A stretch of 64,000 bases of DNA from Octopus vulgaris (GCA_951406725.2 OX597838.1:12710001-12774000), one strand, 5' to 3'. Shown: positions 1 to 12,257, counted from the stretch's first letter. A program made the numbers and translations. Notes: generated by a model from the letters alone, not told the origin.

Positions 1-229
1 CTTTTTAGATTCTTACAGTATGACTAAATAATTTCAGTTTTTTTTTTATTGTTACTTTTAATTTTATCCTAAAAATTTTTTTCTGCAAGTTTTGCAGGCA
101 TGTGTGTATGTTTGTTTGTTTAAAATATTAATTATGATGAGTAAATGAAAACAAATTTTAACATGATATTTTGGAGAGAAATATATCTTCACACATTAAC
201 GTAAATCTGCAAAGTTATCTTTCCACCAG

Positions 230-275
230 ACTGGAATTTGATGAAATTCAAAGAATATTTGAGAATGACATCTAA
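230..275 (+). CDS. Possible short terminal coding exon of an upstream gene (xLEFDEIQRIFENDI*)
   Basis: Pyrimidine tract plus CAG acceptor (atctttccaccag, ends 229), then 14 open codons to TAA at 273-275 in non-repetitive sequence. No homology recognised. Confidence 0.25.
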
Positions 276-405
276 CTGATAAGAGATATTTTGCAAGCAT
301 CAATGTCTGTCTGTGTGTATCTGCATGTTTGTGTATGTGCTTTCGCATGCAGTTTTAGACTATGACATTTTTTAGGCAGATTAAAAAAAATATTAACTGC
401 ATGTA

Positions 406-805
406 TCTTTTATCTTTTACTTGTTTCAGTCATTTGACTGTGGCCATGCTAGAGCACCGCCTTTAATCGAGCAACTCGACCCTGGGACTTACTCTTTGTA
501 AGCCTAGTACTTATTCTATCGGTCTCTTTTTGTCAAACCGCTAAGTGACAGGGACGTAAACACACCACCATCGGTTGTCAAGCAATGCTAGGGGGACAAA
601 CACAGACACACAAACACACACACACACACACACACATATATACAACGGGCTTCTTTCAGTTTCCATCTACCAAATCCACTCACAAGGCTTTGGTCGGCCC
701 GAGGCTATAGTAGAAGACACTTTCCCAAGGTGCCACGCAGTGGGACTGAACCCGGAACCATGTGGTTGGTAAGCAAGCTACTTACCACACAGCCACTCCT
801 TACGC
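406..805 (-). mobile_element. SINE family A: tRNA-derived head, CORE-like segment, internal (TA/TG)n, GTAAAAGA-type tail
   Basis: Minus strand has A-box-like TGGCTGTGTGG, B-box-like GGTTCAGTCCC and a CCTTGGG(A/C)AAGTG CORE-like motif. More than 10 near-identical dispersed copies in the window. Confidence 0.9.
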
Positions 806-1144
806 GTATATTTAATTTTTTTTTTTTTTGAAATCTCGCACATTTATAGAAATTTATATTATAAACAATATAAAAAAAAATTCTTGAAGTCTGTACCTTA
901 ATGAAATTAATTCTACGCCATACTGTGTCTGTCTACAAGCCAATTATGATTTGTGGCTGGCAAACTTCTTTTCTTGTCCAGTTGTGCCAAATAATATTTA
1001 AATTTCTCTATCTCTCTCTCTCACTCTCTCCTTCCCTACCTCACTCTCAGTAGAAACGGCAACAGCTGCTCAGGTAACTTGCAAGTAGTGTGTGTAAATA
1101 TTTGTATTTATTGTGGCCTTGTGCCTGAGATGAATGTATTCTGT

Positions 1145-1145
1145 A

Positions 1146-1180
<35 letters not shown>

Positions 1181-1320
1181 ACATACAATAATGCAGATTC
1201 AAATGCATACATTCACACACACACATAAATATAATAATACTTGCACTTACAATAATGCACATTCAAATACATATATGTATATATATACACATATATATAT
1301 ATATATACATATATATATAA

Positions 1321-1395
<75 letters not shown>

Positions 1396-1396
1396 C

Positions 1397-1428
<32 letters not shown>

Positions 1429-1526
1429 TTATATATACATATATATAAAATAATATATATACATATATATATAATATATTATATATATTTATATATACAT
1501 ATATATATACATATATATATATATAT

Positions 1527-1600
<74 letters not shown>

Positions 1601-1637
1601 CAACATATATATAATATATATACATACATATATATAT

Positions 1638-1672
<35 letters not shown>

Positions 1673-1787
1673 TATATACATATATATATACAATATATAT
1701 ATATACACATATATATAATAACATATATACATACACATATATATATATATATTACATATATATATAACACATATACATACACACACA

Positions 1788-1819
<32 letters not shown>

Positions 1820-1830
1820 CACACATATAT

Positions 1831-1887
<57 letters not shown>

Positions 1888-1890
1888 CAC

Positions 1891-1987
<97 letters not shown>

Positions 1988-2026
1988 CACACACACACAT
2001 ATATACACACACACACACACACACAT

Positions 2027-2103
<77 letters not shown>

Positions 2104-2265
2104 CACACACATATATATATATATATATACACACATATATATATACACACACATATATACACACATATATATATATATACACACATATATACATATATAT
2201 ATATATACACACATATATACACACACATATATATATATATATACATATATATAATGTATACACAC
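1145..2265. repeat. Large compound (TA)n/(CA)n microsatellite field
   Basis: Directly visible; produces the YI/CV pseudo-ORFs. Confidence 0.97.
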
Positions 2266-2822
2266 AATAATATGCTCATGCACGCAGGCCTACGCACGCA
2301 CAAATGTGTAGGTGTATGAATGTGTGTGTATATAAGCTGTTAGTCAAGATTAAGACATCCATGTTGGTGTAAGTAAGCCTAATTTTGTAATAGTCATCAT
2401 ACACGCAATGAGTCAGGAGTAAAGAGGGAGAGTTCGTATAATAAACAATGAGTAATAGCTGAGGCTTGAAAGAGAAATTCTTTTCGGATCAGATTCCATT
2501 TTTTTTAATTTCACACTTTACAAAAAATATTAACGGTTTTAAAAATATTTTTTAGGGGAAAAAATAAATTTTTCAAACTTTGAAAAAGAAATTAAATTAT
2601 CAAAACAAATCTGTAAAATTTTTTTTTTTTTTTTTTTGAAGAAAACCCCATTTGAATGTGATTTTATTTTATTTATTTTATTCTATTCTACACCCCCCCC
2701 CTCATACACATCCATGTACAATTTCCGTCCCTGGGGTGTTTTTGTTGTTATTGTTGGTGCGTTGGTGTTAAGAAATGTGTGGGAGTGATGCAGGCTCCCC
2801 TCCCCCGTTTAGCTTTAGACCT

Positions 2823-3018
2823 CTTACTCTCTCTTTTACTCTTATACTTGTTTCAGTCATTTGACTGCGACCATGCTGGAGCACCGCCTTTAGTCGAGCA
2901 AATCAACCCCGGGACTTATTCTTTTGTAAGCCCAGTACTTATTCTATCGGTCTCTTTTGCCGAACCGCTAAGTGATGGTGACGTAAACACACCAGCAATG
3001 CTAGGGGGACAAACACAG

Positions 3019-3051
<33 letters not shown>

Positions 3052-3226
3052 CACACATATATACGACAGGCTTCTTTCAGTTTCCGTCTACCAAATCCAC
3101 TCACAAGGCTTTGGTCAGCCCGAGGCTATAGCAGAAGACACTTGCCCAAGATGCCACGCAGTGGGACTGAACCCGGAACCATGTGGTTGGTAAGCAAGCT
3201 ACTTACCACACAGCCACCCCTGCGCC
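2823..3226 (-). mobile_element. SINE family A copy with small internal deletion
   Basis: Matches family A; lacks the atcggttgtcaagc segment near 2997. Confidence 0.9.
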
Positions 3227-3356
3227 TATGTGTATTCTGTTCTTTTTTTTTTTTTAATAGATTCACAGCTGTGGGGTTAAGCAGCTTCTTTCCTAACCAT
3301 GTGGTCTCAGGTTCTGTCCCACTGTGTGGCATCTTGGTGAATTGTCTTCTACTATA

Positions 3357-3592
3357 TATTCCTTTACTACCCACAAGGGGCGAAACACAGAGGGGACAAA
3401 CAAGGACAGATAAACGGATTAAGTCGATTACATCGACCCCAGTGCGTAACTGGTACTTAATTTATCAACTCCGAAAAGCTGAAAAGCAAAGTCAACCTCG
3501 GCGGAATTTGAACCCAGAACATAACGGCAGGCGAAATACGGCTACGCATTTCGCCTGGCGTGCTAACGTTTCTGCCAGCTTGCCGCTTTATT
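3357..3592 (-). mobile_element. SINE family B (Meta/MESC-like central domain) inserted in an older family A copy
   Basis: Family consensus GCCTTTCATCCTTTCGGGGTCGATAAATTAAGTACCAG domain; 15-bp TSD ttgtcttctactata at 3342-3356 and 3593-3607. Confidence 0.88.
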
Positions 3593-3878
3593 TTGTCTTC
3601 TACTATAGCTCCAGGTCAACCAAAGCCTTGTGAATGGATTTGGTTGTCGGAAACTGGAAGAAGCCTGTTATGTGTACATGTGTATCATCATCCTTTGATG
3701 TCCATTTTCCATGCTGGCATGGGTTGAACAGTTTGAGCTGAGCTGGCAAGCCAGAGAGCTGCATCAGGTTCCAGTTTGATTTGGCTTGGCTTCTATAGCT
3801 GGTTGCCCTTTGTAATGCCAACCACTCTACAGAGTGTGCTGGGTGCCTTTTAAGCAACACTCGCACATTTATGTATAT

Positions 3879-4085
3879 CACCTTCACCTTGACCGACCAG
3901 TCCGTCAGGCGTCCATTTGACACCGCTGGTCACAGCACGCTGTCCACTCCTCTCTGGATCACGCCTTTCTCATCCACGTGATCCCAATCTTCCTCCTGAA
4001 ATCATAACTCCACCATCGTGGAGGTCTTCCGGGTGGTCTTTTCTGCTCGCGCAGGTACCACCCGACAACTGCGTGCGTCCACCGA
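3879..4085 (-). mobile_element. 5'-truncated RTE-clade LINE 3' end
   Basis: Minus translation NRWTHAVVGWYLREQKRPPGRPPRWWSYDF...GITWMRKA matches the RTE ORF C-terminus (RW..W.PR..KR..GRP..RW); 10-bp TSD ttatgtatat at 3869-3878 and 4086-4095. Confidence 0.8.
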
Positions 4086-4184
4086 TTATGTATATGTGTG
4101 TATTTAGGTTTGCCTTTATCACCCTCATACAAGTGATGTTTTTTTGTTTCCAATCTTCCGTGGAAAACATGCCTGGCTACAGGG

Positions 4185-4417
4185 AAGGCGGCGTGCTGGC
4201 AGAAACGTTCGCACGCCGGGCGAAATGCGTAGCCGTATTTCGTCTGCCGTTACGTTCTGAGTTCAAATTCCGCCAAGGTCGACTTTACCTTTCATCCTCT
4301 CGGGGTCAATAAATTAAGTACCAGTTACGCACTGGGGACGATGCAATCGACTTAATTCCTTTGTCCGTCCTTGTTTGTCCTCTCTATGTTTAGCCCCTTG
4401 TGGGTAGTAAAGAAATA
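4185..4417 (+). mobile_element. SINE family B copy
   Basis: GGCGGCG.GCTGGCAGAAACG head, B-box-like GAGTTCAAATTCC, central domain, tail gtgggtagtaaagaaata. Confidence 0.88.
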
Positions 4418-5326
4418 TATTGGGAAGTAATACCTAGCCTGAAAATAGGTGAAGGTTGGTGACAGCAAGGACATCAAGCCATAGAAAATCTACCTCAACA
4501 GATTCTGTCTGGCTCAGTGTGTGTGTTTATTTGTATACCCTTGCCTTGAAATCATGTGATAAATATAAATGAGTATAACTTTCATACAAGCAATGTTGTT
4601 CATTTCCAGTCTTCCATGAAAGCATGTTTGGTTATAGGGAAATAATGCCTGGCCAGGAAACAGGTGAGGGTTGGTGGTAGTAAGGGCATTTGGCCATAGA
4701 AAACTCTGCTTCATCAAATTCCATCTGACCCATGCAGACATGGACAGGTGGACGTTAACTAGTGATGGTAGTGGTGATATGTGTTCCTGTGTGTCAGAAG
4801 TAACTAAAAGGGTTGGCAGCTGGAAGAGCATTTTGGCCGTGTGTGTGTATGTATGTGTTTGTCTAAGAATGTGTGAAGGTGCCGAATGGCTTGATCTTGA
4901 GTTCAGTTCTCAGACTAGGCAACAATGCATCATGTCCTTGAGCAAGGGCACCTCCTTTCGTTCCAGTCTGCTCAGCTGCAAATGAGTACCAACCAATAGC
5001 TGGTGCAATTCTCACATCTGTGATGCTCTACCAGATCAATGGTAGAATGTCCAAGAGAGTGTCTATGCCTGCTTGGTACTAAAAAAGGCACCTAAAACAA
5101 TTATTGAAAGCCTGGTACATGCCACCAGGTCATATTCACTTCTGATTGACAACTAAGCTTTTTCCTTAACAAAACACTCATTGCATCTGTATTTGTTCCT
5201 GACCATTGCTTGACAACCAGTGTTGGTGTGTTTACATCCCCGTAGCTTAGCACTTCAGCAGTGCCCCCAGTATGGCTGCAGTTTAATGACCGAAACAAGT
5301 GAAAGATAAAAATGATAAAGTATGAT

Positions 5327-5889
5327 TTAACCTTTAGCATTCAAATTGACCCTAAATGTTTTTAAGTTCAAGTTGGCCAAAATATGGCCTCTCACATCTA
5401 CTCTACAATGCTAGTGGAGGCGCAATGGCCCAGTGGTTAGGGCAGCGGACTCGCGGTCATAGGATCGCGGTTTCGATTCCCAGACCGGGCGTTGTGAGTG
5501 TTTATTGAGCGAAAACACCTAAAAGTTCCACGAGGCTCCGGCAGGGGATGGTGGTGATCCCTGCTGTACTCTTTCACCACAACTTTCTCTCACTCTTACT
5601 TCCTGTTTCTGTTGTACCTGTATTTCAAAGGGCCGGCCTTGTCACTTGTTAAGGGTACACGTGTCTGTGGAGTGCTCAGCCACTTACACGTTAATTTCAC
5701 GAGCAGGCTGTTTCGTTGATTCGGATCAACCGGAACCCTCGTCGTCGTAACCGACGGAGTGCTTCCATCCACAATGCTATTCTAAAAATAAACCATCATG
5801 TCACACTCTCAAAGCTACAAGATAATGCAGATTAAATCAAACCAATATGCATTACATTTGACAGAGTAATTTGAATGCTAAAGAGTTGA
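5327..5889 (+). mobile_element. Old TTAA-MITE family F interrupted by a family D SINE
   Basis: ttaacctttagcat...atgctaaagagttga ends; internal sequence resembles 6100-6325. Confidence 0.7.
5414..5770 (+). mobile_element. SINE family D (tRNA-derived)
   Basis: A box TGGCCCAGTGG (5426-5436), B box GGTTTCGATTCC (5469-5480); exact 9-bp TSD acaatgcta at 5405-5413 and 5771-5779. Confidence 0.9.
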
Positions 5890-6099
5890 GGGGGATTTGG
5901 TTGCTACTTCCAACATATCAACTGTTCCTGAGGAAATCTTTTCATTGGCTTGTGATGGTCTCCTGTACTGGTTTTCCACCTTTTTTCTTTTCTGTTGTTT
6001 TCTCTAAATAAACATTACTGAGTGAAAGAATGGTTAATCTCTGATGGTTAATAAACCTTTTCTTGGCAACATCTCTCCTGCTGAGTAATTTTACTGAAT

Positions 6100-6325
6100 T
6101 TAAACCTTAAGCATTTAAACCGGCCATATCCGGCCAAAAGTATTCTGCCTGTTTTACGTTCAAACTGGCCAGATCTGGTCTCTCACACCAACCCTACAAT
6201 ATCGTTTTAAAAATTAACAGCTACCTCATTAAAATCTAATTAAAAGATAATGCATGATTAGTTCAAAACAATGTAGATGAAGAAGCATTAATTTTGGCAG
6301 AATAATGTGAACACTAAAGGGTTAA
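6100..6325 (+). mobile_element. TTAA-MITE family F (piggyBac-type ends)
   Basis: TTAA at both ends, TIR close to CCCTTTAG/CTAAAGGG; related copies at 30458, 34340, 53777, 61240. Confidence 0.82.
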
Positions 6326-6450
6326 GGATGGTCGCACCCTTTTCATTTTTGGTTGGTTGATTTTTTTTTTTTTTTTCTTGTTGCCTCTAGCACCCCACTT
6401 TTCTTTTCTGGTTATTCCATCTGTGATAAGTGTATGGTTCCCAGCAGTTT

Positions 6451-6735
6451 AAGAACATCACAGTAAGAAGATTTAACCATCCTGTTAACAATTTATATGG
6501 CTGGGGCTAAGCTGAACTGCTGTAGGAAGTGTTGTCTGCTGTTCTTTATATCCCAAATAACCTCCTGATCAAGTAGGTTGATGATCAGACATTCCATTCA
6601 TGACTGTCTCTAAGAACATCACAGTCAGTAAGAAGATTTAACTATCATGTTAGCAATTTTTATGGTTGAGCTGAACTGCTGTACAATAGGAAGTGACACT
6701 CCTAAGCAGGCTGATGATCAGCTGTTCTATTTGTG
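6451..6735. repeat. Diverged ~160-bp local tandem duplication
   Basis: taagaacatcacagt..agaagatttaac..gctgaactgctgta..ggaagtg..tgatgatcag appears at 6451 and again at 6611. Confidence 0.75.
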
Positions 6736-6965
6736 ACTACTACATCTTATTTTTGACTATAATGACTATAATTGCATCAGTTCCTCAGAGCTGGTGAGTC
6801 TTGTACAGTCATCACTCCGGTACCCACCACCAATCCACTTTTCTCTCCCCCACCTTTTTCTTGATTCTCTCTCCATTGTTGCATCCAACGTCACCAGAGT
6901 CTGTGCATCAACCACTATGTCCCGTTTTTTCTCCCTTGCATGTGTTGACCTGCGACTGTTTAAAA

Positions 6966-7181
6966 CAGGGGTGGGCAAACTACGGCCCGCGGGCCGCATG
7001 CGGCCCGCCATAGGTTTTCATGCGGCCCGCTGAGAGCTTTTATGAATCCCAACTTCTATGCAGATACTTCGTAACTGTACGGTAATTCACAATATTTTCA
7101 CTTGATTTTTATAAATGAGGCCCGCCAAGATTCCATAGACACACTGTGCGGCCCGCGATCAAAAAAGTTTGCCCACCCCTG
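6966..7181. mobile_element. hAT (Charlie-like) MITE
   Basis: Perfect 16-bp TIR CAGGGGTGGGCAAACT/AGTTTGCCCACCCCTG, perfect 8-bp TSD gtttaaaa (6958-6965, 7182-7189), repeated subterminal GGCCCGC motifs. Confidence 0.93.
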
Positions 7182-7243
7182 GTTTAAAAAGAATGTGAAT
7201 AGCAACAAAACTGCCAGTTTTGGAGGGCTCGTAAAGGGTTTTG

Positions 7244-7607
7244 GGTGGAAGCACTCCGTCGGTTACGACGACGAGGGTTCCGGTTGATCCGAATCAACGG
7301 AACAGCCAGCTCGTGAAATTAACGTGTAAGTGGCTGAGCACTCCACAGACACGTGTACCCTTAACGTAGTTCTCGGGGATATTCAGCGTGACACAGAGAG
7401 TGACAAGGCCGGCCCTTTGAAATACAGGTACAACAGAAACAGGAAGTAAGAGTGAGAGAAAGTTGTGGTGAAAGAGTACAGCAGGGATCACCACCATCCC
7501 CTGCCGGAGCCTCGTGGAGCTTTAGGTGTTTTCGCTCAATAAACACTCACAACGCCCGGTCTGGGAATCGAAACCGCAAGTCCGCTGCCCTAACCACTGG
7601 GCCATTG
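7244..7607 (-). mobile_element. SINE family D copy, inverted relative to 5414-5770
   Basis: Near-identical reverse complement of the 5414 copy, with different small deletions. Confidence 0.9.
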
Positions 7608-8336
7608 GGTACTATTCTTTTCTCCTGACTCATCAAGAAAGAAAAAAATAATTCATTAAGGACTGTTCCTACCTAACCCTTTACATAACAGTTTGCCATA
7701 GACTTCCTCAGATTTCATGTTATAAACTTCTTGTCTTAAAGTAATCTAAATTGACCGTTGGTCAGGATTTCTTGTTTGACCACATTCAAATGGAGACTAT
7801 TTGATTTTGGCACAGCTTCTATCACCAACAGTCTTCAACCTTTAACTTGTATCCTCAGCAGTTTTTCTCTCTGTGTCTACTATATATAATAGTTTCTGCT
7901 GTTCTGAAGTACCTACCTTTCGCTCCAGGCTAACTCTATTCCTCCTATTTTGCCTCAGCCTCCAAAGACAGTCCCAACACCACAGGTCTGAAAAGGTCAA
8001 GGTCACTGGATATTTTATGGGGTGGGGAGAGCAGTCTACAACAGGACAAATTTGTTGTCCCATCCATCAGCTCAGAGCTGGATTTATACAAACATGCACA
8101 CACACGACTGTGTAGTTAAGAAGTTTGCTTCCCAACATATTGGTCCTGAGTTCAGTCCCACTGCGTGGCAGCTTGGGTAAGGTTTTCTGCTATAGCCCTA
8201 GGCCAACCAAAGCCTTGTGGGTTGAATTTGGTTGACAAAGCCAGTCATGTGTGTTTGTCCCCCCACCATCGCTTGATAGCTGGTGTTGGTTTGTTTATGT
8301 CCGTGTAACTTGACTTAACAAAAGAAACTGAAAGAT

Positions 8337-8505
8337 AGGATTGGCTGTGTGGTAAGTAGCTTGTTTACCAACCACATGGTTCTGGGTTCAGTCCCACTGC
8401 GTGGCACCTTGGGCAAGTGTCTTCTACTATAGCCTCAGGCCGACCAAAGCATTTTGAGTGGATTTGGTAGACAGAAACTGAAAGAAGCCCGTTGTATATA
8501 TGTGT

Positions 8506-8554
<49 letters not shown>

Positions 8555-8771
8555 TGTTTGTGTGTCTGTTTGTCCCCCTAGCATTGCTTGACATCCGATG
8601 CTGGTGTGTTTATGTCCCCGTTACCTAGCGGTTCAGCAAAAGAGACCGATAGAATAAGTACTGGGCTTACAAAAGAAAAAGTCCCGGTGGTCGAGTTGCT
8701 CGACTAAAAAAGGCGGTGCTCCAGCATGGCCGCAGTCAAATGACTGAAACAAGTAAAAGAGTAAAAAGAGT
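8337..8771 (+). mobile_element. SINE family A copy (preceded by an older A copy at ~8105-8335)
   Basis: Matches family A consensus. Confidence 0.9.
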
Positions 8772-8969
8772 ATAAACAACCAGCTTTTTAGAAAAGAACT
8801 GGGGCTCGTTTGTCTGACTAAACCCTGTAAGGCAGTAAGTAACCTCCAACTGGGCAGAGTCCAGTGATTGAGGCCAGTAAAACACACACAGACACCATTT
8901 TTTGAATCTATGCAAATATTGATTTCTTATATTGGCACAGCAGAGTCAGTCGATTTCCAGGAAATGGAG

Positions 8970-9590
8970 TCGTCATCATCATCATCATCATCATCATCAT
9001 CGTTTAGCGTCCGCTTTCCATGCTAGCATGGGTTGGACGGTTCGACCGGGGATCTGGGAAGCCAGAAGGCTGCACCAGGCTCCAGTCTGATCTGGCAATA
9101 TTTCTACAGCTGGATGCCCTTCCTAACGCCAACCACTCCGTGAGTGTAGTGGGTGCTTTTTACGTGCCACCTGCACAGGTGCCAGACGAGGCTGGCAACC
9201 GGCCATGATCGGATGGTGCTTTTTACGTGCCACCTGCACAGGTGCCAGACAAGGCTGGCAACCGGCCATGATCGGATGGTGCTTTTTACGTGCCACCTGC
9301 ACAGGTGCCAGGCGAGGCTGGCAACCGGCCATGATCGGATGGTGCTTTTTACGTGCCACCTGCACAGGTGCCAGGAGAAGGCTGGCACCCGGCCATGATC
9401 GGATGGTGCTTTTTACGTGCCACCTGCACAGGTGCCAGACGAGGCTGGCAACCGGCCATGATCGGATGGTGCTTTTTACGTGCCACCTGCACAGGTGCCA
9501 GGCGAGGCTGGCAACGGCTACGGTCGGATAGGTGCATTTCATGTGTCACCGGCACGGAAGCCAGTCGAGGCGGCACTGGCTTCGGCCAAA
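8970..9590 (-). mobile_element. Family C non-autonomous retroelement: (GAT)n tail, RTE-like 3' end, internal 63-bp VNTR
   Basis: Minus strand ends ...GGTTGGCGTTAGGAAGGGCATCCAGCTGTAGAAA...CATGGAAAGCGGACGCTAAAC(GAT)n; about 10 copies in the window. Confidence 0.85.
9152..9560. repeat. 63-bp minisatellite, 6 full units plus 1 degenerate
   Basis: Units start at 9152, 9215, 9278, 9341, 9405, 9468 and 9531. Confidence 0.95.
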
Positions 9591-9849
9591 ACGCATTAAA
9601 TCAAACCCGCGTATATAACTGGTATTTCTATATTTCAACTTCTACTCTTTCACTACCCCCACAATCTCCATAGTGATGAAAGGTAATGCTGACCTTTCCT
9701 TCTTTGGCAATAGGATTTTTCAGCTCCCAACATAAGGGAGATTAATTAAATACCAATATTTTCTAATTGCCCCAACTGATTATTGTTGTTGTTGTCGAGC
9801 TTTAAAGCATTCCAGCCATGAGCATCCACGTCTATTTTCAGGACTACAT

Positions 9850-10241
9850 TACTCTTTTACTTGTTTCAGTCATTTGACTGTGGCCATGCTGGAGCACCGC
9901 CTTTAGTCGAGCAAATCGACCCCGGGACTTATTCTTTATAAGCCCAGTACTTATTCTATCGGTCTCCTTTTGCCGAACCGCTAGGTTACGGGGACGTAAA
10001 CACACCAGCATCGGTTGTCAAGCAATGCTAGGGGGACAAACACACACACATATATATATATATATATGTACATATATACGACAGGCTTCTTTCAGTTTCC
10101 GTCTACCAAATCCAGTCACAAGGCATTGGTCGGCCCGGGGCTATAGCAGAAGACACTTGCCCAAGATGCCACGCAGTGGGACTGAACCCGGAAGCATGTG
10201 GTTGGTAAGCAAGCTACTTACCACACAGCCACTCCTGCGCC
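9850..10241 (-). mobile_element. SINE family A copy inserted in an old dispersed repeat (family G)
   Basis: Family A match; flanks continue the cattccagccatga...gactacatt...ctatttctagca repeat also seen near 26580, 33735, 46020 and 49545. Confidence 0.88.
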
Positions 10242-10689
10242 TATTCAATGTTTCTGTTTTTTTTTTCTAAAGATGGTAAGTTTCGGATAATGATTGGTTG
10301 TTATTTCTAGCAAATAAAATAACCATACAAAGTCCACCATGCTTTTTAGTCCCTATTATTATTATTATTATTATTACTACATCTTGCGTTTTCAGAATAA
10401 AATAGTTTAAGCCTTAATGAAAATAAACAAGATGACATAAACGAAGGCGAATTTTCTCTGACGAAAAATCCCTTCTCACCTCCCTACCCGGTTTCTCATA
10501 CAATATCGAGCTGTTCTCAGATACGTTTGTGTCACGAGATCCTAAGCTGGATACTCGGTTTATTACGTAGTCTTCGTACCAGTTCCTCAGTGCAGAGGTG
10601 TGTGATATCTCTTCTGCCTCTCTCTTCTGTTATATCTTCCCCCGTTTTCTCTCTCTCTTCTCCTTTCTATATTTTTACTTCCTCTCTTT

Positions 10690-10895
10690 GTCATCACCCC
10701 TCCTTCCACTTTAGTACCCCCGTTTTCTCTCTTGTATTTCTTGTCTCCCGTCTCTTCTCTCCTACCCTCCTCTTGCCTCTCTTCCCTTCTGTCTCTTCTC
10801 TCCTACCCTCCTCTTGTCTCTCTTTTCGCTTCTGTCTCTTCTCTCCTACCCTCCTCTTGTCTCTCTTCGCTTCTGTCTCTTCTCTCCTCTTGCCT
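10690..10895. repeat. CT-rich ~39-bp minisatellite
   Basis: tctcttctctcctaccctcctcttg(c/t)ctctctt..cttctg repeated about 4 times. Confidence 0.85.
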
Positions 10896-11638
10896 ATCTT
10901 CCACTCTATCTCCCCCTCTCTATTTCAGTCTTGTCTCCCTTTTCCTACTGACTCCAAGTCTTGTGTCTTCTCTTTCCTTCTTTGTATTTTCTCCTCCCCC
11001 TCCTCCTCTCTCACTCGACACAGGCAGAGGTGGCGGTAGAATGCTCAATGCAAAACACTATCAGTTTATATTAAACCATCATCCTTTTTAAACAATTCTC
11101 AGTTCAAATCCCTCAGCGAGGAGGAGAGGAACGGCGGCGGGGTGATTGCGGGGCGGAGAGAGATATCGTCTTTCTACGGAATTGTGTAATAAAAGAAAAA
11201 TGTCCTGTCGAGAGAAATAAAAAAAAAAACCCCAACATATATCAGTTATATATTAAGGGTTAATTAGAATAGAACCGAACCGAATCGATTCTACCCGTTT
11301 CACCACCAGCATCGCACACCAACCACCCACAAGAAAAAATAAAATATTAAAATGAAATCTGTGGCCTTTTGTACTTTCTCTACAGAAATCGATAACAGCA
11401 GCTAAAGTCCCTCTCCTTACGCAATTTCTGTTGAATAATGACTATAATTGCATCAGTTCCTCAGTGTGGCTGTAATCACACAAGTCTTATATTTATTTGT
11501 GTATAAATAAAATAAAATAGATAAATAAATGGCATTGGGTGTTCTAGCCGTGACCATCTTGTCGTATATATATATATATTTCAGAAGCACACTTCCTTGA
11601 ATATATATTTAAACGGTGTAGCGTGGTGTGGTTTTGGA

Positions 11639-11768
11639 TGCCTTTCATCCTTTCGGGGTCGATAAATTAAGTACAAGTTTCGCACTGGGGGGTCGATGTA
11701 GTCGACTTAATCCCTTTGTCTGTCCTTGTTTGTCCCCTCTGTGTTTAGCCCCTTGTGGGTAGTAAAGA
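11639..11768 (+). mobile_element. 5'-truncated SINE family B with a long flanking duplication
   Basis: 3' half of family B, flanked by a ~38-bp direct repeat (11600-11638, 11769-11808). Confidence 0.85.
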
Positions 11769-11940
11769 AATATATATTTTAAAACGGTGTAGCGTGGTGT
11801 GGTTTTGGGAGGATTTGACTGCTATTTCTGTTTTGCGCTCGTCGTAACGACAGTATTTACTGCTACTATATTTGTTGTTGTTCTTGTGGTTGATGTAGGA
11901 TGCAACGACAACGGCTGTTTTGATAACATTTACTACTACT

Positions 11941-12009
11941 ACGTGTGTCTATGTATGTGTATTTGTGCGTGCATGTATGTATAGTTAAACATTTGTGTGT
12001 GTGTGCATG

Positions 12010-12041
<32 letters not shown>

Positions 12042-12214
12042 TATATACATATATATATATGTTAGGAGTATTGGGGGTGATGTACAGATTTAATATATAT
12101 TTATATATAAAGGATATAGCTCAGTATATAAGGATGTGTTATATGTATATCATATATACACACGTGTGTCTATGTATGTGTATTTGTGCGTGCGTGTATG
12201 TGTAGTTAAAGATT

Positions 12215-12257
<43 letters not shown>

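Noticed and set aside
575-772. Recurring ORF families such as MSSNARGTN..., MLGGQTQTH... and LQLDALPNANHS
   Set aside because: Conceptual translations of SINE A and family C copies, not a host gene family.
1191-2303. Long ORFs up to 264 aa rich in YI/CV/HT (also at 11.9-12.7, 13.5-14.2 and 14.6-15.4 kb)
   Set aside because: Translations of (TA)n/(CA)n repeats, which lack stop codons in all frames.
2495-2650. Extremely A/T homopolymer-rich tract
   Set aside because: No structure recognised; may be low-complexity sequence or low base quality.
5414-5490. tRNA genes here and at 30721-30790
   Set aside because: Only A/B boxes and partial arms; no complete cloverleaf or terminator, and the sequence continues into a SINE body.
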